64,000 nt of DNA from Eledone cirrhosa (GCA_964016885.1 OZ024741.1:183272001-183336000), one strand, 5' to 3'. Positions 27,200 through 41,680 are shown, counted from the first letter of the stretch. Translations and numbers: made by a program. The notes: generated from the letters alone by a model not told the origin.

Positions 27200-27242
27200 G
27201 TCAAAGCTCTTTCATCACACATTCTGTGACCTCTTCAGTGAC
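27200..27242 (-). ncRNA. Minimal hammerhead ribozyme (family of the 52 kb palindrome)
   Basis: Reverse complement reads GUCA CUGAAGA G GUCACA GAAUG UGUGAU GAAA GAGC UU|UGAC. Confidence 0.7.
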
Positions 27243-28310
27243 TAGTTTTTTTTATTTTGTGTCCCTCCTTTGTTCTGTCCTACACCAAGATGGCATAGGA
27301 CAGAACATCGTGCACCCCCAACGACGTAACCAGAGATCCCTTCGTCGGCAGGCTTTGTTACTTATATCCAAAGTTGTATCCAAAGTTCAGTCTGACATTC
27401 TAGCCGTAGTAGTAATCCTGCCTGTGTTGATCTATTTCAAAAGAGGAAGGTCCCGCTGGCCGATGTTTGGCAGTTGTTTACAGTGTATGAAAACAAAGGT
27501 ATTTTTCACTGCCTCATTACAAAAGCTCTCAAATAGTGTATTTAGCAAAGAAAAACTGAACCATTATCGATCACATATATGAAACTAGGAGAATAATATA
27601 TTAAGTATAAATCGATGTTGTAGTTACCATATAGCATGTGTGAGTATGTGTGTGTGTATATATATGTATATATGAATGTATGTATGCATGTATATCATGA
27701 TGATGATGATAGGCATATATCATCATTATCATCACAGTTTAATGCCCATTTTTCCACGCTAGCATGGGTTACATGATATATATATATATATACACACACA
27801 TATCTAATGATGGCGGCATTTATTCTGATGTTGAGGCTAAGGAATATGATTAAAAATGGGTGGGGGGGGGGGGGGGAACCATAATGATGATGATGATGAT
27901 GATAATGATGATAATAATGATAACGATGATGATGGTAATTATAATCAGTGTTAATATATCATATTTTCAATAGACATATAATGGTTCAGTGCTAGTATTT
28001 ATTTCTGAATCACCTTTTTCCTTCCGTTAAGCTAAACTGGATCATGTTGCTGTGTTTATCCAGCGTTGTTTAAAAAGTGGTGAATTAGCTGAGTTGTTAG
28101 AGTGTAGGACGAAATACCTTGCAGGATCTTTATCCTCTGAACTGAAACCCCACCAAGGTCAACTTTGCCTTTCATATATACTTAACATTCTGGGAATGAG
28201 TGGCATGGGGAGTGAAGATGTAAGGAGATAGATTGGAAGGGTAGATAGAAGAAGAGAGAGAGAGGAATAGAGTGTATATATTTCTCTCCTCTCTCTCTTT
28301 CCATCTCTCT

Positions 28311-28422
<112 letters not shown>

Positions 28423-28602
28423 CTCTGTATAGTGGTCTGCAAAGTGGTCGTGGAGGTGCCACGGCAAAAAAGCACCCAGCACTCACTGTAAATGAGGTTG
28501 GTGTTAGGAAGGGCATCCAGCTGTAGAAATCAAGCCAGAATCAGTTCCCGCCCCACCCTTGCAAGCAGGGAAAAGTGGACGTAAAATGAAATGATGAAAT
28601 GA

Positions 28603-28661
<59 letters not shown>

Positions 28662-28832
28662 CAATATCGGAGAAAGCTTTTTAGCGATACTCCGGCCAAA
28701 TTCCAACTCACTCAACAAACATTAGGAAATAAGTGATTATATTCCCAATTATGTGTTCGGGGTGCTAACTAAAAGTATTGCGTGGAAAGTTGGCTGTATT
28801 ATTTCAAATGAGATATATCTAATATATCTCTT

Positions 28833-28959
28833 CCCAGACGGACGTCTCGTTTCATTATAGGATTCCTACAATTTGGGTGAAATTATACCAATTTATGCAG
28901 GAGCTTGTATACCATCAATAGATATATATTCAAGTGGGCTCCTATAATTCATCAGTGGG
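28833..28959 (-). ncRNA. Hammerhead ribozyme with 77-nt insert in stem II
   Basis: Reverse complement reads CCCA CUGAUGA AUUAUAGGA-[77 nt]-UCCUAUAAU GAA ACG AGACGUC CGU C|UGGG. All three stems close and the cleavage triplet is the canonical GUC. Confidence 0.78.
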
Positions 28960-28989
28960 TGCCCCAATAATACTAATATATATATGTAA

Positions 28990-31900
28990 GCAGTAGCGTA
29001 GGCAACCCGTCTAGGAGAGCTACCACTCTGAATAAATTGGTGCAGGGTAGAGAAGTCCCCTAAGTCAGTAAGTCAACTTCCCTAGTGCTGGTGGCATGAA
29101 TAAAAGCACCCAGTCCATACTGTAAAATGGTGCTGGTGTTAGGAAGGGCATCCAACCAGTATATATACTACTGCCAAAAACTATGAGCACAACAAATGAG
29201 AATTGCAACAACTGCGTAAACAGCAATAACACTAACCATGTTAGGGCTGCGCATGGTAGTGGGGTGGCTGGTGCAGCCATGTGCAAGATCCCCTCGACCG
29301 TCATCAAGCAATCGCACAGCAGGAACAAGAACAAGAATATGAAGACGTCGCATCTCAGAGTTGCCACACTCTAACAGGTAGATCTGATGAGATAGTGGAG
29401 ATGCTGGAGAGAAGGTATGTGGATGTGTGCTGCATGCAAGAGGTGAGATTGAGAGGTGCCTCTGCAAGACTAATCGCAGGCAAACATCTTAGTTATAAGC
29501 TTTTCTGGGTGGATAATGATGATGGGTTAGGTGGGGTGGGCATTTTACTAGCTGAGAGATGGATCGATAAGACAATAGAGGTAGTTCGAGTTAGTAATAG
29601 AATAAATAAGCTTAGATTAGTTGTAGGCAAGAGACTGCTGACAATCATCTCTACCTATGCTCCCCAGGTGGGCCTAGGTAAAGAAGAGAGAGACTGCTTT
29701 TACGAGCAACTTTTATAGACAGCCACAATGACAGAGGACAGAGACACTGTTATGCTAGCAGGGGACTTCAATGGTCATGTTGGACAGCTCCAGGATAGAT
29801 ACACTGGGGTACATGGTGGGCACGGTTATGGCTCAAGAAAGGAAGAAGGAGTGAGGCTTCTTGAATTTTGTGATGCAAGTGCACTAACCATTTGCAACGC
29901 TAACTTCCAGAAACCTGTCAATCACCTAATAACCTACAAATCAGGCGAGCACATAAGCCAGATTGAGTTTCTGTTAGTTAGACAGTGAGACAGACAGATG
30001 ATGTCAAATACTAAGGCATACCTGGGGAAGAATGTACACCACAGCATAGGTTAGTCATTAGTGACATTTCAGTAAGCAAGAGACAGTATGAGACATAAAG
30101 GAAGGTGTGGAAAAGAAAGGTCTGGAAGCTAAAAGACCTTTCACTAAAATATAAATTTAGGAAAGCTCTTCAAGATGTGTATGGTGAAGAAGAAGACAAT
30201 TTAGAGTCGTATGACATAGATGATAACTGGAATTTCTTACGTGACAACTTACTACAGGCTACTAATGAAATTTGTGGGTGGGGCAGAGCTCCTACCAGAC
30301 AGAGAGTGACCTGGTGGTGGAACAGTATGGTAGATAGGGCCATTAGAGACAAAAGATTAGCAGGGAACGCTTGGAAAAATGGTAGGAGCAGAGACCGATA
30401 CACAGCCACTAAGACAGAAGCTAGACATCAGGTGTATTTAGCACACAGGGAGGCTGAGAGTAGGAGATTTGCCAATGTTCTGCGATGGGAAGATCAGAGA
30501 CATGCGGTGTTCCGTATTGCAAGGCAATGTGTCAGTGTAAATCAGGATGTTGTTGGAGATAAATGTGTCCGGAATATATGGTGGTGTCATACCCAAAGAC
30601 TGGTGCAGCAGTATTCTCATAAATTTCTACAAAGGTAAAGGGGATGCTCTGGAGAGGAGCAATTATAGGGGCATAAAGCTGATGGATCAGGTTATGAAAG
30701 TGGCAGAGAGAATATTAACGCAACTGATTAGAGAAAGGGTCAAATTAGATGAGATGTAGTTTGGTTTTGTGCCTGGGAAAAGTACAACAGATGCCCTATT
30801 CTTAGTGAGACAACTACAAGAGGTTCTTAGAGAAGAATAAAGCACTATACTTAGCTTTTGTTGACCTAGAGAAGGCCTTTGATAGAGTACCCCGATCTGT
30901 CATCTGGGGGTCCCTAAGGAAACTAGGTGTAGAGGAATGGCTTGTGAGGACAGTGCAAGCTATGTACAGAGGTGCTGTCAGTAAAGTGAAAATAGGAATG
31001 GAGTTTAGTGAGGAATTCCAGATACAAGTAGGAGTATATCAAGGTTCGGTCCTCAGCCCGCTCTTGTTCATTATAGTCCTCCAAGCCATAACAGAGGAGT
31101 TAAGACTGGCTGCCCATGGGAACTTCTCTATGCTGACGATCTATCTGGTTCTTAAAGCAGAATCAGTAGAGGAGCTAGAGAAGAAATTCTGGCTATGGAA
31201 ACAGCAGTTGGAATCAAGAGGACTGAGAGTGAACATAGCTAAGACAAAATTGTTGATGAGTAGAAAAGAGGACAAAACTCTGATTCCATCAGGGAAATGG
31301 CCATGTTCGATATATAGAAAAGGAACTGGCATAAATTCTATAAAATGTACGCAATGCAGATGTAGTAGGATAGCAGGCAAACTAACAGGTAGGGAAAACT
31401 ACGTATGCAGTAGATGTACAAGGAAAGTTGACAGTAGTAATCACAGTGATAGACACATTTTTCAAATGTAGGTGGGTTCTATAGAAGTGGTTGATAGTTT
31501 CCGGTACCTAGGTGATCAGATTAGCATGGGAGGGGGGGGGGGTGTTCCGAGGCCATAGTTTCTAGAATAAGGACGCTTTGGAAGAAGTTTAGGGAGCTGC
31601 TTCCTCTGTTGACAAAGAAGGGTTTCTCCCTACGTACGAAAGGCCGGTTATATGATGCCTGTGTGAAATGCGTGATGTTGCATGGTAGTGAGACATGGGC
31701 AGCAACTGCAGAGGATATGCGATGACTGGAGAGAAATGAAGCAAGCATGCTCCGTTGGATGTGCAATGGCAATGTGTGTGAACGACCAAGTATAGATGAG
31801 TTGAGAGAGAAACTGGGTATAAGAGGGATAAGTTGTGGTGTGCAGGAGAGAAGACTGAGATGGTATGGACATATGATGCGCATGGAGGATGACCGGTGGG

Positions 31901-32105
31901 TAAAGAAGTGCCAAGAAATCCCAGTAGAAGGAAAACGCAGTAGAGGAAGACCATGAAAAACATGGGCGGAGTTGGTGAGAGCAGACCTCAGATCGCTGAC
32001 ACTCACAGAGGAGATGATGAAGGACTGTGACAAGTGTAGAGATGCTGTGCTGAATAGGACTGGTTCCACCTTTGCAAGCAGGGAAAAGCGGACGTAAAAT
32101 GATGT
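28990..32105 (+). mobile_element. RTE LINE family A, near full length, inactive
   Basis: 5' UTR, endonuclease (CCMQEV, AGDFNGH), RT (QGSVLSP), stops and frameshifts, an internal deletion near 30575, and the 3' end gcaagcagggaaaagcggacgtaaaatgatg. Confidence 0.93.
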
Positions 32106-32176
32106 GGATGAATATATATTATATATCTATATATATAAATTATATATATATATATAGATATATATATATATATATA

Positions 32177-32990
32177 CAGGGTGCGGACGATATTTGTTCG
32201 CAAGATTACTGTCTAGGAAAAAATAACACTAGTTTTATTTTTAAGATATATTTATCAAACTTGGGTCAGTTTGTCTTCATGACTTGTTCTTTCGATCTCA
32301 CTCGATATACCCACCATTGGCTTTGATGATGGCCTCAAGGTGGCCTCGGAACTAGCTACAGGCCTTCGTCACTGTCCCCCGACTTAGGCCCCTAAAGGCA
32401 CTTGTGATCCTGGCCTTCAGATCGTCTTTTGTATTGCAGCTAGATCTGTCCATGTCTCGTTCCACTGCGCCCCACACAAAGAAGTCGAGGGGGTTGCAGT
32501 CAGGCGAGCTGGGAGGCCAGATGTCATGTGAAGTGTGGCCAACGAAGTTCTCTGACAGCCAGGTTTGGGTCTTTCGGCTGGTATGGCAGGGCGCTGAGTT
32601 TTGCTGCCACACATACGGCCTACCTGCAGCTACCTGGTCGATTCAGGGCTTCACTACCTCGCTCAGATCGCGGATGTAGCCATCGGTGTTCAGCTTGAGG
32701 CCCTAAGATTGACGACACCTAAGACCAATGTTGTCGCTGGAAACTTTGTCTGCATGACTCTGAGAAAGTCTGAAATTTCCTTATTTGTCCTCCCGGCGCA
32801 GATTCCAAGAAGAACTCCGTGTCTCTTCCACAAATTTGGAGGTTCAAAATTATTCATAATCAATTATTCTGAAAATAAATAATGGAAATATAGTCACTGT
32901 TTTTATGAAGACAAGAGTGACAACGGAAGTAAAAAAAATTTGTATAAAATTAGCAGTTGAAAATTGTGAACAAATATCGTCCACAGCCTG
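32177..32990 (-). mobile_element. Internally deleted maT (DD37D) Tc1/mariner element
   Basis: ~27-bp TIRs cagggtgcggacgatatttgttcgcaa with TA flanks. In WQQ(N)SAPCH...WPPSSPDCNPLD, 37 residues separate the second and third catalytic positions. Confidence 0.85.
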
Positions 32991-33308
32991 TATTTCATTT
33001 CATTCATTTTACGTCCACTTTTTCCCTGCTTGCAAGGGTGGGACGGGAACTGATTCTGGCTTGATTTCTACAGCTGGATGCCCTTCCTAACACCAACGTC
33101 ATTTACAGTGAGTGGTGGGTGCGTTTTTGCCGTGGCACCTCCACGTCCACTTTGCAGTGGAATGATATGGACCCCTGTCCCTATCATCTCATTTCTACAG
33201 CTGAGTAAACTGGAGCAATGTGAAATAAAGTGTCTTGCTCAAGGAAACAACACATCACCCAGTCTGAGAATTGAACTCACAACCTTTTGATTGCAAGGCC
33301 AATGTATG

Positions 33309-33359
<51 letters not shown>

Positions 33360-33660
33360 TCCTTGAGCCAGACACTTTATTTCACATTGCTCCAGTTCAC
33401 TCAGCTGTAGAAATGAGATGATAGGGACTGGGGTTCCTATCATTCCACTGCAAAGTGGTCGTGGATGTGCCACGGCAAAAAAGCACCCAGCCCACACCGA
33501 CGTGTAGGCGCCACAGAAAAAGACCACCCAGCACTCACTGTAAATGACGTTGGTGTTAGGAAGGGCATCCAGCTGTAGAAATCAAGCCAGAATCAGTTCC
33601 TGTCCCACCCTTGCAAGCAGGGAAAAGTGGACGTAAAATGAAATGAAAATGAAAAAATTA

Positions 33661-34335
33661 TATCTATAAAGATAAAGTTGTAGTGTATTTATATAGATAA
33701 AGTTGTACTTCCTGTCTATTTGTTTGTTTGTTCAGTAACTCCTCCTCTGGTTTTGGAGATAGACCTCCATAACCATATATATTCTGAAACTACATTGCCC
33801 AGGGTACTTGGATAAGTATATTTCATTTTAATCAAAGTGTTCCTCGGGGACACAAACTCCTGCTGAAAGTTTTTTCCCTTCGATTGATATGAAATTTAAA
33901 CCATAGGTAAATGACAAGATATGATGCCTATTCACAAATTTGATGCCTATTCAGCAAATTTCAATAATATTAAGACACCCTAATAGGGGTTAAGCCCCCT
34001 ATAGGGAATATTTTGGAAGCCCATAACTTGAGTATTAGAACTTGAATTTCTAATTTGAAAATAATGTTTTACACAAAACTGAAATGATCAAGCTTTTAAT
34101 TGATATTTAAAAAAAAAATGATTTACAAGAAACAAAATAAGAATAAGATTTAAGAATGTAATTTTGATTTGATATATTACAAAAAATAATGTTTTCCAAT
34201 ATTTCATGCATTACATTTTACATTGAGTAATATTGAAATGCAGAGTTTTTCTCCATAAATTATATCACTGATTTAAAATCAATCATCATTTTCTTACGAA
34301 AAGAATGTGTGAAACGCATGGGTAATTCGGCTATA
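33661..34335 (+). mobile_element. Possible non-autonomous Helitron-like element
   Basis: Begins a|tctataaagataaag and ends with a short GC hairpin gtgtgaaacgcat followed by ggcta. A similar start motif (tctatattaataaagctgac) occurs near 2966 and 3288. Confidence 0.4.
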
Positions 34336-34649
34336 ATATATATATAATATATATATATATATAATATATATATATATATAATATATAATATATAATATAT
34401 ATATATATAATATATATATATATATATTATATATATATATCTGGGCGATTCATACAGGCTGTCAAAATACTCGATAAATATTCCGTTGCAACTGACGCGA
34501 AGGGCTGCTTTCGGTTATTTGTCGGAGATTTCCCCATAGAAGCCTTTATTCTTATAGCTTGGTCTAATCGATTTTTTATATGGTTAATTATGCTAATTGG
34601 GAGAGGAAATGGTATATATTTTATCTGGTGATTCTATAGACATGTTTTA

Positions 34650-34773
<124 letters not shown>

Positions 34774-35155
34774 TATAATATATATATATAATATATATAT
34801 CATCATCATCATCATCATCATCAGGTTTAGCGTCCGTGTTCCACGCTTGCATGGGTTTGGACGGGGGTTTTCCCACTTGAGGCAAGAGTGGTTGTCTTGC
34901 TCACATAGGACTGTCTGGCGGGTTTTCTACAGCTGGATGCCCTTCCTAACACCAACCACATTTACAGTGTGGGGCTGGGAGGTTTTTACCGTGTTGCCTA
35001 CACGGCCACATTACAGCGTGGACTGTCTGGCGGGTTTTCTACAGCTGGATGCCCTTCCTAACACCAACCACATTTACAGTGTGGGGCTGGGAGGTTTTTA
35101 CCGTGTTGCCTACACGGCCACAATTACAGCGTGGATATATATATATATATATAAT

Positions 35156-35188
<33 letters not shown>

Positions 35189-35209
35189 TTAATATATATA
35201 TATATATAT

Positions 35210-38200
35210 CATCATCATCATCACCGTTTTACGTCCGTTCTTCTATGCTAGCATGGGTTAGACGGGTTGTCCTGTTGTGGGCAGTGTCTGGTTGGCTGAC
35301 CATGCCTTGCTCATACAGGAACTGATTTTGGCTTGATTTCTACAGCTGGATGCCCTTCCTAACACCAACCTCATTTACAGTGAGTGCTGGGTGCTTTTTT
35401 CCATGGCGCTTACACGTCCACTTTACAGTGTGGGCTGGGTGCTTTTTTGCCGTGGCACCTCCACGACCACTTTGCAGTGGGAGGGTTTGGGGGCATATTG
35501 TCTATATGCTTCAGCTTGTACCCATCGGAGATCAGAGAACTCTGTATTACTGTGTGACGCCACAGGTCACGGTCGTGTGTCATCGCCTTTGAGAGGTGTA
35601 ATTGGGTAAGGTCGGCTTTTGTCACCTCATACCAGGTCTTCTTGGGACTCCCCACTCCGCGGTTTCCATTGACTTCTAGTGCTCTGCACCTTTTTATGCA
35701 GCTGTCATCCTTCATATGCATCACATGTCCATACCAACGCAACCGCCTCTCCTGCACACAGCATTTGATTCCTCTTATGCTCAGTCTCTCTCTCAATTCA
35801 TTTATGCTTTGCTGTTCGCATATATTACTATTACACATCCATCGGAGCATGCAGGCTTCGTTTCTTTCTAATCTATGTAAGTCTTCCACAGACAGCGCCC
35901 AGGTCTCACTACCATGTAACATTGCTGTTCGGATATACACATCATACAGTCTGCCTTTCATTTTGAGGGAGAAGCCTTTTGCAGCTAGCAGTGGCAGTAG
36001 TTCCCTGAACTTCTTCCATCCTGTTCTTACCCTAGTTATTGTACTTTCTGAACACCCACCTCCGCTGCTAATTCGGTCACCTAGGTAGCAGAAGCTGTCT
36101 GCTGTTTCTACAGAACCCTCCCAGAGATTGGTGGTACTTGTTTCCTGTGGCTGTTTGCTGCTTGTTGTCTCAGCACAGCTGCTACATGTGAAGCCTACAT
36201 TCTTAATTAAGCTTCCTGAGATCCCGCTGCATCTCTTGTGTACCCATTGTTTGCATTTGGGGCGAGAATGGAGTTCCTACCTACACCTTTCCTACATACT
36301 GAGCAAGGCCATTTCCCTGAGGGGATCTGGGTTCTGTTTTCTTGTCTACTTACAAGGACCTTAGTCTTTGTCATGTTGACGTTGAGACCCTTTCTTTCTA
36401 GTCCTTGCTTCCAAGTTTAGAATTTCTTCTCTAGTTCTACCATAGATTCAGCTATAAGTGCGAGGTCATCTGCATACAGGAGTTCCCATGGGCATCCGGT
36501 CTTAAACTCCTCCGTTATTGCCTGCAGGACTATCATGAACAGGAGAGGGCTAAGAACAGAGCCCTGGTGGACACCAACCTGTACGCTAAATTCCTCGCTA
36601 TACTACTCATTGCTAATCCTAACTTTGCTGACTGCTCCCCTATACATGGCTAGTACAGCTTTCACAAGCCATTCATCTACTCCTAGTTTTCTAAGAGCCC
36701 ACCAGATTATAGCCCGTGGAACTCTGTCAAAGGCTTTCTCGAGATTGCTGAATGCCAGGTAGAGTGGCTTACTTTTAGCTAGGTACTTTTCCTGTAACTG
36801 CCTCACAAGGAAGAGAGCATCAGTGGTGCCTCTTCCTGGTACAAACCCTAATTGCATCTCATCTAGTTTCACCCGGTCCCTAATCAACTGTCCTATAACT
36901 CTTTCTGTTACTTTCATGATCTGGTCCATCAGCTATATACAACTATAATTTCCTCTATCTAGTGCATCACCTTTACCTTTGTAGCAGTTGACAATGATGC
37001 TACTGCACCAATCTTTTGGTATGACACCTTCTAGTATTACCTGGTTAACAATACGTGTGGTTATAGTGTGACCTACAGACCCAGATGCCTTCAGCATCTC
37101 GTCAGCTATACCCGATGGACCGGTTGCCTTCCCCATCTTCATATCTTTGATTGCCTTACTTACTACGCTGCTGCTGACTTGTACTGCTGGCTCCTCTATA
37201 GCGTCTACTTGGGGTAGGGTCTCTTCTTCCCATGCATTCATTTAGTAATCTATCATAATGGCTCTGCCATGCATCTTTCTTCTCAGCACTTGAGAGGGCA
37301 AGCTCACCTTTATCATTCCGGATACACTTCTATCCAATGACATCACAATTCTCTCTGACACACTGCCTCGCAATCTTGAACACCTCCTGTTTCTGGTCCT
37401 CACGTTGCAAAAATGCTTGAATTTTCTATGCTCTTCTTCCCTCCTAGCTAAGTATACTTGTCGCCTAGCTTCCCTCTTGGTCTCTATGTAATGTACCCTG
37501 CTTCCCCCATTCTTCCATTCTTTCCATGCCTGTCTCTTGGCCTTAACTGCCTCATCTACCTTATTGTTCCACCACCAAGTCACTCTCCTCCTGCTTGTGG
37601 TCTTACTCCAGCCACAGATCTCATCCGTCGCCTTTAGTAAGTTATTTTTTAGGAACTCCCAGTGCTCTTCTACACTGAATGTCTCTATCTGTTCTTTTTT
37701 ACTGTCGTAGGCGTTGAGTAAAATATCTTTAAATCTGTTACTGGCCGAGGGGTCTTTCAGCTTCCAGATCTTTCTTCTCCAGGTTGGCCTCTGTTTCCAG
37801 GTTCGTCTAGTTCTGACCATGAGGTTGCTGACAACTAAGCTATGTTGGGAGGTACATTCCTCACTAGGGAAGGCTTTTGTATTTACGACCGTCCATCTGT
37901 CATGTCCTCTGATGAGGATAAAATCTATCTGACTAGAATGCTCCCTTGATCTATAGGTGATCAGATCTTTGTCAGGTTTTTTGAACTTTGTGTTACATAT
38001 CGACATGTCATTGGCGTTGCAGAATTCTAGAAGTCTGAATCCTTCTTCATTTCTTGTGCCAACCCTATGGCCTCCATGGACTCTATTGAAGCCGTCACAG
38101 TGTTTACCTACGTGTCCGTTAAAATCTCCTGCGATGATTAAGAAGTCATTGTCGTTTGTTAGAGCAGTAGTGTGCATTAGGGACTCGTAAAACCTATCCT

Positions 38201-38464
38201 TAAGTTCGTCTGGCAACCCCGACTGGGGTGCGTAAGCTGATATTATTGTGGTAATTGTTTTATTCAGGACTAGTCTGAGTTTAGTGATTCTTGCATTTAC
38301 CCTGTACACTGAGATTACTTTATCTACCCACTTGTCAGCTAGTAGTATACCTACACCACCCATCCCATTCCCCACCCAGAAAAATTTGTAGCACTGACTT
38401 TTTTCCTACAAGGACTCTAGCAGACTCTCCTCTCCATCTAGTCTCTTGCACACAGCATACATCA
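35210..38464 (-). mobile_element. RTE LINE family B, 5'-truncated within the endonuclease
   Basis: 377-aa endonuclease ORF (AYAPQ, AGDFNGH, SQIDFIL), RT fragments, 3' UTR and (ATG)n tail. Confidence 0.95.
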
Positions 38465-38556
38465 AAATAATGTGGAAAGTGATATAAGGCTAAACAATGC
38501 AAAATGGACAGTAAGTTAGTTACCTGGTAATCTTTGTTTTGTTGCTGTTGTTTCTT

Positions 38557-38602
38557 TCATCCCGATATTTCGGGGCTTAAAATTCCCTTCTTCAGAGTAT
38601 AA
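38557..38602 (-). ncRNA. Minimal hammerhead ribozyme (degenerate)
   Basis: Reverse complement reads UUAUACU CUGAAGA AGGG AAUUUUAAG CCCC GAAA UA UC|GGGAUGA. One mismatch each in stems I and II. Lies just before (TA)n at 38611. Confidence 0.6.
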
Positions 38603-38609
38603 GGAACTC

Positions 38610-38683
<74 letters not shown>

Positions 38684-39558
38684 AACAACATAAACCGAAC
38701 TTCATGTAAGAGATGAAGGAGTTTAGAGTGTACAACAAAATGCCTTACAGTATTCGTTCAGGGTCTCTGTCTTTTGGACAGAAATTCTGCCATGGTCAAG
38801 CTTGACTATCATTCTTTCAGGAGTGTGCAGGGTGGCCAGTGTGTGGACCCCCATTTGCTTATAATAATGAAAGATGGGGAGATCAGGAGAGGCAGAGGCA
38901 GTGACAGTGGGAGTTTGGTTCCATTGTGTTTGGACATGGTATATATTTATATATTTATTTACCCCACCACATACTTATAGTTGTTAATAACTACTAGGAA
39001 ATCCAAGGAATAGCACAATAGTAACCTCAACTAAACACTTATTTTTTCTACCTAAGTTTGACTCATAATTAGATTAAATACCAATCTATGGTGGTGGGTT
39101 GGCAGAATTGTTAGAGTGTTTGATAAGATGTCTTGTGGTATTTGTTCTCACTCTTTGCAATCTGTGTTTGAATCTTACTGTGACCTGCTGAGGTGGTAGA
39201 CGTAATCCATCACCTAGTTTAACATCATCATCTGACCTTTGAGCACATAGAAGAGTCTAGTCTGTTGTAAGCATTCAGATCAGTTCACCAGTTTCAGGTT
39301 ATTTTCCTCCCCTCTAAAACTTTTGGAGGCCCAGAAACGTGTCATGGGCAATGCTTATTCCTTTCCTGACTAAACAGTAAAAAAAAAACTCCATAAAATC
39401 TATGAGTCTCTTATAATAATCTATAGATATGCAAGCCAAAGAGAGAGGCATCTATGTGGGAGGTCAGTCATCCTGCTTGAGTATGTACAACCCTTGCTAG
39501 CAAAGAAAATGGACATTAAATGATGATGATTTCATATATATATATGTGTGTGTGTATG

Positions 39559-39590
<32 letters not shown>

Positions 39591-39626
39591 CAGACACACA
39601 CACATATATATATCTAAAAAAAGAAG

Positions 39627-40040
39627 TCTAAAGTCTGTCTTAAGCCAGAAGGCTCATTTGGCTAGTGCTTATCCTGATTTCATGGCGTGAAGCAGCTGAG
39701 AGTACAAGACTTTCCCCTCTGCGATGGACTGGCGTCCTGTTCAGGGGGGAGTCGTGTACTCTCAGTTGTTTCATGCCATGAAACTGGAATAAGCACCAGC
39801 CAAATGAGCCTTTGGGTTCAATTCCTGGGTTGTGTATTGTGTTCTTGAGTAAAACACTTCATTTCATGTAGCTCCAGTATACTCAGCTGAAAATGAGTAC
39901 CAGCAATAGCTGGGGTTTTAACCCTGTGATGGACTGGCGTCCAGTTAAGGGAGTAGTCTTGTACGCTCAGTCACTTCTTGCCATGAAACTGGGATAAGCA
40001 CCGGTCAAATGAGCCTTCTGGCTTAAGACAGACTTTAGAA
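39627..40040. mobile_element. Rearranged core-type SINE copies forming an inverted repeat
   Basis: 39627-39718 is an inverted match to ~39948-40040; internal gggttcaattcc B-box and a tgcgatggactggcgtcc core motif. Confidence 0.6.
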
Positions 40041-40124
40041 TTTAGACATGTTATAATATTGCCAGAAATATATAATAAAACACACTCATTGTTTGTTTTG
40101 GGTTGGTTTTCACTTCTGTATATT

Positions 40125-41680
40125 TTAGGCCTCTACTGTTTATTATCGTCCTCCAGGTTATAACAAAAGACCTTAAAACAGAACTAGAGAAAAAAATCCT
40201 GACCTGGAAGCACAACCTGGAATCAAAAGGTCTTGAAGTCAACCTGGCAAAGACTAAAGTCCTAGTAAATAGAAAGGAAAACAAGGCCCAGACTCCCTCA
40301 GGGAATTGGCAATGCTCAGTGTGTAGGAAAGGGTGGGTAGAAATTCCATCATCTGTCCAAAATGTGAAAATTATGGGTACACAAGTGATGTAGTAGGATC
40401 TCAGGTAGGTTAGTTAAGAACATAGGTTTTACATGTGACACAGGAGCAGTAAGTAACAAGTGCTATCAAATTCTTGGAAGGTTCTGTAAAATCAGTTGAC
40501 AGTTTCTGTTACAGTAGGTGACCGAATTAGCAGTTGCGGTGGATGTTCTAAAAGTACAGTAGCCAGAGTGAGAATGGAATGGAAAAAGTTCAGGGAGCTA
40601 CTACTGCTGCTAGCTTCAATGAGTTTTTCCCTTAAAATGAAGGGAAGATTGTATGGTGCATGTATACAAACAACAATGCTGCATGGTAGTAAGATCTGGG
40701 CACTGTGTACAGAGAACCTGCAAAGATTGGAAAGAAATGAAGCTGGCATCTTTCAATGGATGTGTAATAGTAATATGCATGAATGGCAAAGGATAAATGA
40801 ACAGAGCATAAGGGGGATCAGATTCAGTGTGCAGGAGAGGAGATTATACTGGTATAAACATGTGATGTGCATGAAGGATGACAGTTGTATAAAAAGATGT
40901 AGGGCACTCAAAGTTGATGGAAGCTATGGAATAGGAAGACTTGAGATGAGATGATAAAAGCTGACGTTGCATGATTGAACCTCTTAAAGGTGATAAAACA
41001 GGATCAACACCTTTGGGGTTATGCAGTAATACAGAAGACCCGCCTTCCCATGTGCATAGGTTGAAGCATACATCTAGTATGCACAACCTTCCCCTACGTT
41101 CCCTTTCCTGCAGCTCTCATACATGTCCCACATCATAACACTACACCCTAGATCCACCTCTCCAATCCCCATACACCTCCTCCCACCCAGTCCCCAGTCC
41201 ACACTGTACAGTGGTTATGTTGGTGACACAAAAATCACCCAGTCCACACTGTAAAGTGATCGTGTTGGTGACACAATAAAAAGTACCTAGTCCACACTGT
41301 AAAGTGGTCATGTAGTGCCATGACAAAAAGCGTCCAGCCCACACTGTAAAGTGGTCGTGATGGCAACACAGCAAAAAGCACCCAGCCCACACTGTAAAGT
41401 GGTTGTGTAGATGTCACAACAAAAAGCACCCAGCCCACACTGTAAAGTGGTCGTATAGATGTCACAACAAAAAACACCCAGACCATACTGTAAATGAGGT
41501 TGGCGTTAGGAAGGACATCCAGCTGTAGAAACCAAGCCAGAATCAGTTCTGTATGAGCAAGACAAGGTCACTTGACTTGGCATTGCTCACAACAGAATAA
41601 CTTGTCTAACCCATGCTAGCGTGGAAAAATTGGCGTTAAACGGTGGTGATGATGATGATGATAATGATGATGATGATGAT
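40125..41680 (+). mobile_element. Older RTE (family B-like) 3' part with ~47-bp tandem units in the 3' UTR
   Basis: RPLLFIIVLQ...WQCSVCRKG...WKKFRELL; units cacccagcccacactgtaaagtggtcgt at ~41190-41500; (GAT)n tail. Confidence 0.85.

Noticed and set aside
38504-38533. ATGGACA|gtaagt would be a phase-1 first exon (M-D-K) for MOK, and is followed by an X-box-like gttacctggtaat
   Set aside because: It lies downstream of the exon it would have to join, is out of frame with the next exon, and sits in a ribozyme-bearing repeat island. It is plausible only if the region is misassembled.
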